Position numbers and translations under genes: made by a program
Part shown: in pieces, positions 39,966-54,130 of the stretch
How positions within the stretch are numbered: the first letter of the stretch is position 1
Layout of the letters: each line of letters opens with the position of its first letter
Notes under the pieces: generated by a model
Told to the model about the DNA's origin: nothing
The model's database searches: none
The model's input: only the letters and a program-made list of their open reading frames with translations
Origin: Lama glama
Taxonomy: Eukaryota
Length of the DNA stretch: 64,000 nt
Assembly: GCA_028534125.1 (NCBI GenBank)
Contig: CM052816.1
Location: 94,676,001-94,740,000 of the forward strand
Direction: 5' to 3'

Positions 39966-42189
39966 CATCTGCCAAAGTAGGGGATGCCAGGGCGTCCCCA
40001 GGTAGGCTGGGTTAGCCTCTGAATTCGAACCTGCCGGTTCTTTTTGGAAGTACTGCAATCTCTCAAACTCTAGTGTTTCTTTCTCCCTCTCTCTCTCCCT
40101 CCCTCCCTTCCATCTGAAAACTAAGACACCCATCCTTTAAGTCCAGTTGAATAAAGAATCACACAGACCTGTTGATTGTATCCGGAAAAAGAGCGAAGAG
40201 AATAAATAGCACAGTATTTCTATGATCACGGATAGTTATCTACATTTAGGTGTAGAAAAAATACGGCGTATTCCCAAAGCAGGCGTTCAATTTACATAAG
40301 TTTTAATAGGAGTGGAAAAGTAACCAATGATGAAAAATTGCCTTGAATTTTTATGACTTCATTGTGGCTTGAATTTATGATATTTTGTCTAAGTCTGAGA
40401 AGTAAAGGACGCTCCCCTACCTGTCATTGAATTTACGTAGATTCCAACAATGGGGGAAAAGGAACCAATGAGAAAGTCTCTTGAGTTTGTTGCCTGCTTA
40501 TTATGGGGACTCAGGGGCTGGACTGGGGCTGTGAGAAGCCTGCTTTTCTCTGCCAATTCAGAGGAGATGACATTTCTGTGGTCATTATGCCCGTCAAAGA
40601 CCGAGCTGAGCTGGTGATTCTCTGCTGGTGGCACCATATGTTCAGCTTAAACGAGACACTGTGATTGAAAGACTGATGTTTTGTCTCCTAAAACACCTGA
40701 CAGCGAATCTGGATTTATTGTCGGTTATTTTTTTCCTCTTATGAAAGTATTTGGTAATTGTGTCAGTCTAGTAACAGATGCTGCACTCATATGGTTCCCT
40801 TCGTGACACAGATAGATGACCGTGGAGATAAACAGGGTGAAAAAAGGAACTTGTTGCATACGGGAGGCAGGTGTCCAAGGGCTTTTTAAATTCAGCACAG
40901 TAATTGCCCGTGTGGACTGGCCTGGTGTGACAGGATGCAGGCTGGAATTCTGCTGCCCCCAAATTATGCTGGTGTGTTTACTCTCACTCACTCCTCCCCT
41001 CTCTTTAATAGAATTGCGGAAGGAACAGTCATTGGTGCTAACCCAAGGACAGTATTAATATAGCTATTATGTTGGAAGAAGGGGCCAGGACACATACTTG
41101 GCAACTTTGTTTCTGTAACTTTGTTATAGAAGTTTGTAAACTAAGTTACTAGATCCTGGCAACTCAGCTAGTGGCAGGCTCAAGCCTGACACCTTCCCAG
41201 CCACCTGAGAGAAGAGGAAACTGAGTCACAGAGAGTCTGGGTGACTTGCCAAAGGCCATTCCATTTCCTGCACATACCTGAGGAAAGAAACCAGGAGTCC
41301 TAGCTCCTAGGTCTTTCTCCCAGGGGTCACACATGATACACTTGTACATGTGCCACAGCATAGCTTTAGTAAAAATAGGGAGTGTGGGTCTGGTGGGGAG
41401 GTTGGGGGAGTATGAGTGAGGCAGGGAAAGAGCCTGGCAGCTCCTTATATCATTGGATTAGGAAGAGCTTTACAAGTGAATATGTTGTGAAAATCGCTTT
41501 TACTCTAATATCTGGAATAATGTTTCTGAGGATATGATGTGGCGTGTGTGTGTGTGTTTAGCAGAAGGGAAACTTTGGCCAGAAACGAGAGAACTTCAGT
41601 TGATCAGCACAATCCCACGTGTTTTCTCATCCCTCCTCATTTCCATCTGTTTAAATTCTCTGACCAGTATTTCATTTTGGCTACCTGGTGGGGGAAAACA
41701 AAAAAATCAACGTGCCATTGAAGGGTCTTAATTTTTGAGCTACAGTGAGCACTTTTGGTGTTGGAATTACTTTGTTTAAAATGCATACTTTTAAATATTC
41801 AAAGTTTTTTTTCATGCAAATTGCTGCTGGAAGTTTTGGAGTTTAAAATTATTCTGTCACTCTGCATAAATACTTGGGTTGCATCAGATCGTTGGCCCTA
41901 TTTAGAAATTAGCAAACTTTGGCCCAGGAGAAGTGTGGGGACAGATTCTAACGTTTGTGAGAGATCGGGAATTTTGGAGTTTCTGGATTCCATACCTAAG
42001 TCTGTGTGCTTGATACCGTTCCAGGCGTCGTCAAGTTCGGAGCCACCTGGTTTGTTAATTGAAAGCACAGTTAAAGTCAAGACTGAAAAACAGCTTTTGC
42101 GTTTTCAGGGTTGTGATTTTGGAGATTTGTCATTGATAACTAGGAAGTGTGAAGACGGGATAGGCGGTGACTTTCACTATTGAATTAAT

Positions 42190-43570
42190 TAATTCCTTTA
42201 ATTATATATTAAGCAAGCACCTTTTATGTACTGGCACTGACTTAGACCCTGAGAATACATAATTGATCAATATGATCCAAAGTCCCTGGCCTCATTTCAG
42301 CTGGAGAAGACAAAAATCACAAGAGTTTTTGGCCAAGAGGCCAGGGAAAGCTTTAATTAGAAGGTGACTTTTGAGTCAATCATGATGGAAGTGAGGTGGC
42401 TGGCCATTTGAATATGTAGGGGAAGGCCGTTCTGAACACAAGGAACAGCAAGTTCAAAGGCTGGTAAATGGAGGGTGTCTAATATGTTTGCAGAGCAGCA
42501 AGAAGACTAGCAGGGCTGGATCAGAGAGCAAGAGAGCAGAGAAATGAAACGAAGTCAGTGACCAGCAAAGTAGGGGCGGAAAGTGAGACCAGAGAGGGCC
42601 TCAAAAGTCTTGATTAAGACTTGAGGGTGCTGGCTCTACCCTATCCACAGGAGCTACTGAGGATTTGAGCAGAGGAGTGGCACAATCTGAGTTTATTACA
42701 GGGTCACTGGCTGCTGTGTCCAGTATACACTGTAGGAGATCAAGGGCGAAAGCGAGAGGACGGGTTGGGAGGTAATTACGGTAATGTAAGCAAGAGATGA
42801 GGACGGCTTGGGCCAGGATGGTAGCACTGGAGGTTATGAAAAGTAGTGTAATTCTGATTCTGTATATGTGGTAGAGCTGACCTGGCTTTCTCATAAGTGA
42901 TGATCGAAAGAGAAAGAGGACTCAAAGATGCCACCAACTCAACAACCAGAAGAATGGAGTTGCCATCGACTGAGATGGGGCAGAATGCAGAGGGATCTGG
43001 TTGGTTTTGGGGACATTGCTGGTTAAGATCTTGGTTTTAACATGTGATATCTGTCGGAATGCACAGGTGCAGTAGACAGTTGGATACACAGGTTGGAGTT
43101 CAAGGGAGAAGCCCAGGCTGGAGGTAAAAATTAGGGAGTCATTGGCAAGTAGATGGTATTTGAAACCGTGAGTCTAGAAGATGTTCCCTAGGAAGTAGGC
43201 CTAGAGAGGTGAGGTCCAGCCACATGCCCCCCACAAATGTAAAGGCTTAGGAATTTGAGCAGTAACCAGCAAAAGAAAGAGATAAGTCAGAAGTGTAGGT
43301 CAGTGTCATTTCTTAGAAGCCAAGAGAAGAGTGTATCTCAAGGTAGGAGATCAATCAACTATGTCCAATGCGATTAACAAGTCAAGACAGAGGAAGACTG
43401 ATCTGTGACCTTGGTTTAGCAGTGTATGCTCACTGATGGCCTTGAAGGAGCAGTTTCAGTGAAGGGTGGTGGTAAAATCCTACTGAAAAGAGGGAATGGC
43501 ATCCAAGAGAGAGCAGAGGAGAAAAACTAGAGACTGAAAACATGTGTATTGTTTTCCAGAAGCTTTTCCT
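42190..43570 (-). mobile_element. L2 LINE 3' region
   Basis: Ordered antisense L2 landmarks: gaaggtgacttttgag, gaacagcaagttcaaagg, gatttgagcagagga, ggagttgccatcgactgagatggg, agacagttggatac. Confidence 0.8.
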
Positions 43571-44984
43571 CTTTAGCTATAAAACATTTACAGGAATTTA
43601 GAAGTTCCGTCTTGAGGATTTCAGGTCATCAGTCTTTGCGGGCACTTGTTAAGGAGCACACATCCACATTTTGCTCCAGATCTTCTAAGTGGCCAAACTT
43701 TATAAAGTCTGGCCAGGGCTTTCTGAGTTCCACCTATCTGGGGAAACATAATTCAGATTAAACCTAGAACAGTGTCATTTCTCAGATATTATGGCATCAG
43801 AGCCCAGAGAGCTCTTAGAACTTTTTCTTTCTTCTTCTTCTTTTTTAAAACCATTTCTTTTCTCAGCATACGGTGGTGGCTGAGCGGAAACCCACCTCTG
43901 CCTTGTCAGAGGTCCCTGAGGTGATGGGCATGGCTCACCTGTTAGAAATTGTTCTCTCATCGCGGGGTTCTCAGTAGTGTCTCTCTTCTCTCATTACTTC
44001 AGGTGTAAGTAAGATAATGTATTTAAAGTATGAGCACATTTTCTGTGCAATAAAATTTCACTCATATCACCTAATGATACCAACCGTACTAACCTGGATG
44101 TACAAGAAAGAAGTCGTTCATTCTAGCTTCAGACACAAAGCAGCAATTTTGCGTCCCCAGACACACCAGTTTTCAGTGTTGGGCCTACGGAAATGTGTGA
44201 GGGGTGATCTTTGCCCTCAGGAGGGCTAGTTTGGGAGCAGATACAAGAGTTGACAGTTTCAGACCCAGCATTAGAGCGAGACAGAAGTTGGTTACCGAGG
44301 AAATACTCTAGAGGAGCGTCCCGCAGCAGGGGTCAGATGTGTGCCTCGCGTGCTTCCTTGGTGCAGGGACTCCAAACCTAAGCAGTATAGACGGAACTAA
44401 CGAGAAGTGCGGTGTAGACGGAACTGGTGAGAAAGCACAGCTGGGGCGAAGCATAGAGAAGGGGTGTGGTGAGGAGTGGGGGTGGGAAGGGGTGGAGACT
44501 GCCCGCAGATCAGCATTTCCTGGCAAGAACTGGATGGTGCCGGACAGTGGAAGATGCAGGGGAGGAGAGGCAAGGGCTGGGAATTTCATCCTCCAACGGA
44601 AGGGATGACATGATCATGTAGGGATGTTAAAAATTCCATTCTGGGACTTGTGTGGAGGATGGATTTATAAAGAAAAAGTTGACAGGGAAACATTTCGGAA
44701 GGCATTGGAGTAGTCTTTACCCGCTTGCGGATCCAGGTGTCAAAACTTTCCCCCACTTGTTTTGAAATGGGGCAGCCTGAAAATTGTCACTTCTAAAAGG
44801 TAGAGGAAGAGAAAAAAAAAAAAAAAAGGTAGAGGAAGAAGAAATTTAAATAAATGGCATAACTTGTTTTTACGTTTTTCTCCTGACAGGTTGCTTAATT
44901 TTATATTTTCTGATTTAAAAGTGAAATATATTCACTTTATGCATGATGACTAAAATTATGTAAAAAAAGATTGCAATATAAAAC

Positions 44985-45200
44985 ATTTGCTACATGCCAG
45001 GCAATTTTCTAGATAGTTGGCAACCTATGTGTCTTGTCATTTCCAACAACTTAATGAGGGAGCTGTGATTTTTGCCCCCATTCTACAGATTTGGAAACTG
45101 AGGCTTATCAATGATAAGTTCCTTGCTGAAGGTTTCTTTGGCTGGAAATGACAGGGAAGTGATTTGAACCTAGATCACCTTGAATCCAGCATCTCTCTAC
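44985..45200 (-). mobile_element. MIR SINE
   Basis: ccccattctacagatttggaaactgaggctt...gatttgaacctag. Confidence 0.7.
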
Positions 45201-47689
45201 TTTTAAATATACGTGATATTTGGATAGAGGTGATATATTTTGTGTATTGAAGAAAAACACCAAGGATGTAGGAATACAATGTAAGTTTTCAACTTATTTA
45301 AATGACTAGTAATTTTGAAGAAGCAAAAATATCTCAAAAATGTGTCAACATCCAATTGAATACGACCACCAGTACCAATTTTTGTTCAATTTTGTAAAGA
45401 TGATAACGTAATCCTTTCATTTTCTGGTTTAGAGCAAAGTGAATCCTGTTAAAAATAGAAATCTGAGTTGTAAATATGTATTAAAGTTAAGTCAAACACC
45501 AGAAGCTTACTTTTAGGTAAAAATGAAATGAATTAAGTGAAGATTCTTAATCAATGATTGTAATCAACATTGATCGAACACAGAGAGGAATTTGGTCCAG
45601 TCGCGTGCATCCTGTTCCCCTGCCAGACAGATATCAGACTCATTATTTGGAGGGGATCACACACTATCAACCCCACATTCCGCGTATTTGGAGATCTCAG
45701 GTCCCTTCCCTGGTTTGTTAATGCTTCCAGGTGGACCTGTTGTAAGAAAGAAAAGGGAAAAAAAGCCTAATCCTAGATAAAAGCTTTGCAAGTCTCTGCT
45801 GTCAGGTTCTCAAAGGAAACGTGAAGTCTGCTCAGGTAATGAGTGAGGGAGTTTGCTTATCACGGAGCCCTTGGGATGTGGTCGGAATGCAACGTGATAT
45901 CTGGCTGCTTCTGCCCCTTTACACTGCATTTCCTGAAGGTGATTCTTCCCTGCCTGGGGACAAACACTTGAACAATTCACGTGAACCTTCTGGCTCGCCC
46001 TTAACTTAAAAAAAAAAAAAACATAGTTTAGATTTACTAATTAGAATGTGATCAGCCTGTGATACCAATCAACACTTTACTCTTCTTTCAAAAATGGCTA
46101 CAGCTGACTGTCCACCGGAACGTCCGGGGGTTCTTTGGAATGAGGCCTCACTGGAGAGCCCTCCAGCGTTTCACCCATTGCGTCCCCGCTGGCCGTGCCC
46201 GCAGCCCCAGCCCCTCCTGTGAAGCTCTTGCTCTCTGAGCCCAGGCATCTCCTGCTCAGAATGTGAAGTAGCTCTCTCTCCTGCACCGTGCACTCTGCCA
46301 TCCTGCACCCCAGCACACTTGTGGAGGGGGGGCTGAAACCCACACATTGACTCTCTCCGGCTTCCACCCACAAAGTGCCCGCACCTGAGTGGTCTCATGG
46401 AAACCCACCCTCTCCATGCATTCTCTCCAGGGAGGGCAGGTACTAAAATCTCTTTAGCAAACCTTGTCTGTCCTTGGTCCCATTTGACAGCCTCCATCTG
46501 CCTAAGGACCCAGGACTCACAGAAAGGTGATCAGACCTTCCTTTTAAAATCTCTTCATGCAGCTTCTGGTCACTCTTATGCTGGTATCTGATTTCTGTCC
46601 AGTTGATGTCCATCTGTGTCAGACAGCAAGGAGAGTGTTGGTTTAAAATTCAGTTTCTGTAAGTTAGTAGCTGGATCTGGAACTAAATGTTTGGGATGGT
46701 AGGGGCCTAAAAGGCTTTCCTGATGTCTTTCTTTTTTATTGATTCACAGAAATTAATATCTTCCCTTCTGTCCCTGCTACATGGTGACCTTGCTGGTTAA
46801 AATGGGGTAAACAGGTCTTTTTTATTCTTTTTGTAGGAGAGTGGCATCTTTATGTGCAAGCCTTTCCCATATTATTGATACTTATGTGATTTTGGTCATG
46901 CTATAATTTAACTGGGAAAATGTAAATTTGAAAAATAACAGTGTATCCTAGACAGCAGTTAAAATTACATACTCTCTTCACTTATTTGTCTCCCCTATGT
47001 CTCAGACCCTCCAAAACTTAACTTTCTGAAAAAAAAGTTGAGAGTTAAAATGGAAAATAAATCCACAGATAAGACAAGAAAACAGAGGCCAGTGGGTGGG
47101 TGTCACCAATAAGCAAGCCATATTAACATTTTTCTAGAAAGCAAAGTAGGTAGGAGTGATAAGCAATGGAAATGCAGACGTTTCTCCCAAGAATTTGCTC
47201 CATCAGCCTGGCGGAGGTGGACTGGCTGTCTTCAGTGAGTGCTTGGACAGGCTCAGCCATCAGAGTTGAGCTGGGAGTGGGAAGAGAAGTGAGAGGTTCA
47301 TTGAAAGTCAGCACTCGAGACAATCTTAAGATGGCTCCCCCCTCCTACTGCCTCCTCTCCCTCCCTCCAAGTCGGTGACCCAGTGGCCAGTGCTCACTCC
47401 AAGGTGAAGACCAGGAGTGTGCTTTGAAGAAACTGAACACACTACCTGGCAAGTTAGACTTCAGTTATGGCTGCTCGAGGCCCAGGTGAAGTTCATTTCA
47501 TACAGGCATGTTGGCTGGTGGGCTGGCAGGGGGTGCTCAGAGCTGCCCGCCAGCCTCTCCTGAAGGAAGACCACCAGCCCATGTGCCCTGCCCTCATCAG
47601 AAATTCTAACACAGGGACACGCAGTGGGAGACACTTCTATTTATATTGTAGCAGAAGAAGCTGCCCCTGAGTTTCTCTTTCTCAAATTA

Positions 47690-48600
47690 GCCAGGATTAC
47701 TGAGGCATTTGCGTGAATTAGTGGCAAGAAAAAAAAAACAAACCAGAAAACATGAGCTGTCAGTAGAAACCGATGATTTACAGGGGGAAAAAAAGGAGAT
47801 TAAAAGAAACAAGCCAAAACTTTAGGTTCAGTACTGAGAAGGAGTTAAGATCTTCTGTTTATTAAGTAAGAGCTGGATTGATGGGTGAAAGGATCAAAGA
47901 ACAAGAAAATCTTTTTAGGCTGTAGAAATATAACTACCCACATAAAAAATGTGGTAGCATGAGTGGGAAATAGGTACAGAGATGACTGGGAAAGCAGAAC
48001 ATAAAGGGAAGGAGACAGAAAATGAGAATAAAGCAGAAAGAGCCATAAAGGGCAAATCCAGGAGATCTGACATATGACTGCAGTCCCAGGATGAAAATGG
48101 GGGGAAGCAAATTATCCAGGAAGCAGTACAGAATGATTTCTCAGAGCCGGGGGACCTGTGTCTTCCTAGGAAGCACCCTGTGCTTGGAATAGAAAATATT
48201 TTATATTCTGCATCGTGAAATTTCATAGCACCAATGTAAAAAGACCCTAAAACCTCTGGGAGGAATAAAACAGATGCCACCCGACTTGCAGTAGTTATAG
48301 TAGAGGATGAGGAGCAATTAGGTGATGCCCTCAAAGTTCTGAGGGAAAATAAGTTTCCGCCTGAAATCCACACGGAGCCAGATTATCCACCATCTACAAG
48401 AAAGTATCAGGTATTTTCAGACTTGTAGGTACTCATAAAAATCTAACTCCTACGCACTCTTTCCTGGAAAGTTACTGCAATTGAAGGATGTACTCTAGCT
48501 GAATAAAGGCATCAAACAAGAGGGAAACATGGTACCCAGGAAACAATGGATACTGACTTGGGGGGCAGTGAAGTCCCTGCGGGCGGGCGCAGCTGGGCAG
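47690..48600 (+). mobile_element. Degenerate HAL1/L1 ORF1-like fragment
   Basis: Purine-rich + strand with ORF1-like remnants (caaatccaggagatctgacatatgac, gtgaaatttca, ctcaaagttctgagggaaaat). No intact ORF. Confidence 0.5.
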
Positions 48601-48894
48601 CAGGCCAGCAAGAAGGGAAGGTGGGGCTCCACACAAGAATGCTGACCGTCATCAACGGAACGTTGGGGAAGTTCCAAAGGAGCCTGAGTAATTCTAATAT
48701 TTAAGGACAGAACAAGTAGAAACATGAGTAAGATGGTTGGACTTAATTGCAGATGGAGAAGAAATCATTGTTCATGCAGTTGAGTTTGACAGATACAGGA
48801 GACGGTGGTTAACAGCACGGATGGGGGGCTGGACAGACGTGGTGCATGTCTTGGTTTCATTACTTACGAGCGGTGTGACCTTGGGTAGTGGGGT

Positions 48895-49210
48895 GCAGTT
48901 CAGCAGGTGTTTCCTGGGCACCTCTTTTGTGCTGGACCCTCTTCTAGGTGCTGGACGCCCACCTGTGAACAACGGAAGCCACAGCCCCTGTCCGCTTAGA
49001 GGTAATGGTCTGCTACTGATCGGTTTTTAGATGGTGAGAAGAGTCAGGCAAGGAGGGCTGTCATAGGGCAGGGTGGCCGAGCTCTCCACGACGAGGTCTC
49101 CACTGAGCAGACACCTGAAGCAGGGAGCCACTGTGGATGGATATCTGGGGAAGAATGTACCAGGCAGAGGGAACAGCTAGTGCAAGGGTCCTGCGGTGAA
49201 GTCATGCTTC
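48895..49210 (-). mobile_element. L2 3' fragment
   Basis: ctaggtgctgg...tgagcagacacctgaag...gatatctggggaagaatgtaccaggcagagggaacagctagtgcaagggtcctg. Confidence 0.7.
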
Positions 49211-52024
49211 TCTGAGATTGTTCGCACATCCTCTAGTGGGGACAGCACTCCCGCAGCCATTATAGAGTCATCATGAGGACCATATGAGGCTGCGGTCGTG
49301 CCTGTCAATTACTTATTAGCAAGCCTGCTTGTTAAAAGGGCCCAGTAAATTATGACTGCTGGGACTAGGGAGAATCTTGTCAGCCCAGCTCTGCCGGGCA
49401 TTCTCATATAAATAAGATGGAAGTCATGACTCCAGGGGTCTGCCTTGCCTGGAAGGGGGTAGAAGTGACATCGGTTCAGAAGTAGCTAGTCATGCCCAGA
49501 GCAGAGAGAGGGCCAGGCTGGGGGCATCCTTGTAGGGAGAGGCACGTCCAGGTAGGAGGATCAGAAAAGGGCTCTTGAAGGAGACAGCATCTGAGGTTGG
49601 GTTTAGAAAGTGCACCTGGACAGGTGCACATAGGAGAAGAGGCGTCTGGCTAGGGAGGGGAGCGTAACACGTCAGTTATGAGCAAGTGTCCGGTGATGCC
49701 ATGAGTCCTGGGGTGGATAAGGTGCAGCTTAGGGCAGGCACCGGGGATGCACATGAGATGAAGGCTGCTCGTGGTCTGAGGTCTGCTCTCCTAAACTGAC
49801 TCTCAGGAGGTGTGACCACATTCGGGAGGCACTGGGGACCTGGTGATGGTTCCCTGAGGAGGGATTTTTACCCCACTTTTTTTTTTAATAAGGGTCCGTG
49901 AGATTTTTTTAAGAATAAATTAACTAGAACACCTTACAAGCTTCTTTTCACTTGGGATTAGAACCCCAGGAAGTATGTAAATGAATACCTGAGACGAGAC
50001 GTTAGAGGTTGGAGGTAAAGTGAACGTTCTAGAGATCTGAAGAGGAACAGATTAAAATGGGACTCGTTTGGGGGCCCCAGCGTTGAGTCAACTCCCAGGA
50101 CAATTCCCCTTTCCCTCGAGAACCGGGGCAGGTAATTGCAGCCAAATGTTCCTCTGGCCCTGAATCCTGGGAATCTGTCTTCTTTCTTCCATGCTATGGA
50201 TCACATAGATGGCTGTTAGAAAGAGGCATCTCCTGGCAAAATGCTCTTAGGTACGATGTCGAATCAGAAGGAAAGGACAGGGTGGGAATAGAGAGGGAGA
50301 CACACGCAGCCCTGCATTTGCTGGTCACCTGCACCGTGGCTTGCCTAGCTCCTGTCTGCCCCGTGCTGTGAGCTCCCCTCCCCAGCCTCCGTGCCTCTGA
50401 ACTTAGTGTCAGCGGCGCATCGATGATAAAATAATTCCTGGGTCTCTTCGCAGGGCTTACGCAGTTTAGGTCATGGGTATGGGTTAATTTGGGCAAACAG
50501 ACGTCTGTGCTGGCCCCTCACTTTAAGTGTCAGCCTCAGTTCAATGATTCTAGTTCACCAGCATCTCTGCCTTAATAAATATGATGCTGCTTTGAAACAT
50601 TTTTCTTTTTACCCAAGCAGGAGAGATTATGGGAAGACCAACTGTTTTAGTAGATGTGCAAATAACCTGAAATAATTAATAACTTAAAATCTTTCATAAT
50701 TGAGTTAATTTGCAACCATGCCCACATCAGAAGCCCTCCTACTACTGTATTTAACCAACTTGCATTTTGAAATTTTTAAAAATTTGTCATATATGTAGTC
50801 TATGTTACACAGAACATATATATAATAATAGTTTCTACTTATATGTATTCTAAATATATGGCAGAAATCACTGCACACACCTATGTATATGTACATGTCA
50901 TACACATATCCATGTATGTGCATATATGTATTTTTGTATTTGTGCAATGCTTTGCATTTTCTGTAGAGTAACTAAAGTAAAATACCCAAAGTCTCTAAAA
51001 GCTACTCCCAAACGGACCTGTGTGTGTTTCTTGTGCTGTGTATTACAAAAGCACCGACGTTGATACAAAGAAGAAAGTGTTCTGAGCTTTCCTGCAAATA
51101 ATCAGAAGAGGCAGAGCATTTAAATAAGTGGACAGAAGGGCTCCCGGAGGGCAGCTGCGCCCCCTGCGTATTTCTGAACTCCTCACCCCACTTCATCTAG
51201 TAGATATTCAGCAGGTGTTTTCAACGAACTGTCAGAAAGGTCGCCAGCCAGTGAAAGTGTTCCGTCCCGTGGGTAACTGGAAACCATCCTTAGCACAGAG
51301 CGAAGCATGAACACAAAGATACCAGGTTCTCCTCCGAGTGAGTGAAACCTTAAAAAATCACTGACAGCTGACAGAAAAACTTGGCTCAATAGGTATTGAA
51401 AATCTGTAGATCAGATGCCTGTTCCCTAACCTCGGAGTTTCCCGACGCTTTGGGAAGAGGCTTCCTCGGTTCTGTGGGTGTAGGTGTCAGTCGCAGGACT
51501 GACAGAGGCCCGGGACAGCAGCCCGTGGCATGTCGGGCTCCCCTGGAGAGCCAGCAGCTCCCTGTGTGTGAGCCTGGAGACGGAGATCAGAAGAGCAGAC
51601 GAGGCCTCTTCTGTGGTGTCTGCATGCAGTGAGGGCCTGTCCAGGGACCCGCGGGCGGAGGCTGGGCAGCAAAGCGAACCCGAGGAAAACCGTTCATGGT
51701 GCTGACCGAGCGGACTTGAGCAGCCCCTCCAATTTCTGTTTGCTTATAAATGTCTTCACCCAGACTTGGTAGCACTGATTTTCCCTGTTCAGCTGCCCCG
51801 ACGGTGCGCGGGCCCACAGGTGCTGTGCCTTCTTAAAGAGGGCGAGCCCATCCTGACCTCAGATGATACGTGCGCTTCCTGGTGTTTCTGGCTTCAACCT
51901 TAGCTCTCCTTGGATGGACTGGCGACCTGTTAAAGGAGTCAAAACCTCCCGTAGGACACAAGCTGTGTTTCAATAATTGACGTAGGAAAGGGAAGTCTGT
52001 ATACATTTCTCTAGAATGAATAAG

Positions 52025-52057
52025 TACACACACACGCACACACACACGCACGCACAC
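52025..52057. repeat. (CA)n/(CACG)n microsatellite
   Basis: Directly visible. Confidence 0.9.
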
Positions 52058-53944
52058 AGGTGTTCATTTAGGTCTCGAGCTCAGCCGATTGGAGGCAGAT
52101 CAGGCCACAGTCCTCTTCATGGCTCAGTCAGTAACTGGTTGTTGTGGCTGACACTTCCACAAACAGACCCCTTCCCCTTGACAGCCTTCTAGCAAATACG
52201 TTGTATTTGTTTTGCGCTGGAAGAGTCAATACAGATTTCTGTGCTAGAGAAGCACCGCTAACATCACTACCGTCCCACACCAACTGGTGGTTTAGTAGCA
52301 ACTTCTTTGGATAAGACAACAGACAAAAACTGGGCGGGAGAATTGTAACTGAACATGGATCTCATCGATCATGCATTTTTTAGGGAATGACTGCTTTAAT
52401 ATACTGGTGTTCATCTAATAATTCTTCACACATAATTCAGTGACTAACTGGATTCCAAAACACACACATACAAATATGAAAGCTTTTAATCAGAAGAGAA
52501 TCAAGGAAAAATTTTAGTCTGCAGAACTGTGTATTACGCAGCATATTTCCTCTCTTTTCAAACTCTTTTTTCATGTGCCAAGGATTATGGTGAGTAAAAT
52601 AATAAAGCTTTTAACAAGTGTTGCTGTAAAGACGTTATAAATGGTAAGTATAGAGAGTGACTAATCTGTGAAGCAGTTTATTTGCCATCTTTGTCCTATA
52701 AATTATGTTGAGAAGTTTATGGTGCCTTTTTCTTCTGGAATTATCAGTAAGCCCGTCCTGTGGGTACTGGTGAAGCATGGACAGCATTAGAAAACAGATA
52801 CAAGGAGAATACATTTTAAGGCTGAGTTTTTGCAGCTAAAGATCTAATTTTTGAAAAGAAGTTTGCACAGCTATCTATGATATGTGAAGCACAATCTGAG
52901 TAAAAGGCCTGTTCAAGATGCTGAGATGCAAAAGCATCCTGGTTCAGATGTTTTTTTCAAAATATTTAAAGCGATTTATGAAGAAAATTGCTTGCTTTTA
53001 TCTGACACAGCCCTTCTTGTGTATACGTTGAGAATTTCATCTGTGCCCTTCGATGGGCAAAAACCACATGCACAAAAATGAAAACTGAGCTTTCGTCCCC
53101 TCAGCAGCCAGCACTTTGGAAAGCACAGTGAAGACTTCCCGTCCCTTGCAAAGTTCGTCTTTTTGATAAAACAGAAAATGTGGGTCAGGAGCATGTTGTT
53201 GTGGATTCTCTTCCTGGAAAGACTCATAATTATCCATAGCAACTAGGTCTGGAAGCCAGCCTCCAGATGTTCTGTTCCAGGGTTGCACGGATGGGGTATT
53301 GAGAAGCAGCTGTGGAGAACTAAAATGACACTCACTCAATTTTATCTAACTTATTGGTAAAGAAGAGTACCTGTGTGGATAAGGGACTGGCCATTAAAAA
53401 CCCTGGTGACTGACACATTCATAAAGCCCCAGCTGTTAGACGCCGCGACATCAGTAGTTAACCAGGACAGTTGAAGGTGGCAGTGAACCCAGCTCCTGGT
53501 CCAACCACCCGGGAGGCTGCTGCCGAAAGCGGCTCCCGGATAGGAGCCTGGGTTGGAAGCAGACAGTAAATAGAATGCCCATCCTGGGCGGAAACGCGTG
53601 AAAAGCACACAATCTATGAACTTGGGGGAATGTCCCAAAAAGAGACTAATTGCAGCGTGGTGGCCGGCACACCTGGGGCAGCGACCACCTTCCCCAAGGC
53701 AAAAACCATCTTCGACTTTGCCTACCCTCAGAGGTATCGCTGCCTTCCTGCAAAGTTCAGAAACTACACCCACGCCAAGAGGAGGTTACCCCCCTCCCCC
53801 CACATCTGAGAACGGATGCTTCTGTGGGTGCTGTGACCATCCAGCCCAAGGGGGCCTGCGGAGCACCAAACCCTGACCTGCGTGCCTCAGGGCCTCACAC
53901 GGGCCCCGGGTCTACTAGGCCTGACCCTAACCATCCAGAGATAG

Positions 53945-54130
53945 GTCCCTCCTTAGAGACACATGGGGAGTGTTTGGACTCGTCTGTTCCCCGGCCCATC
54001 CCCTGAGGTCCTGACTCAGTGGTCTGGAGTGGGCCCCAGCATCAGCAGTGTATACAACAGTCCAGGTGTTTTAAAGTCCACTCGTCCAGGTGAGCACCAT
54101 GTACGTTCTCCTGGGGTTGAGAAGCACCGC
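53945..54130. mobile_element. MER5A-like MITE
   Basis: ggcccatcccctgaggtcctgactcagtggtctggagtgggccc...ggttgagaagcacc. Confidence 0.6.
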
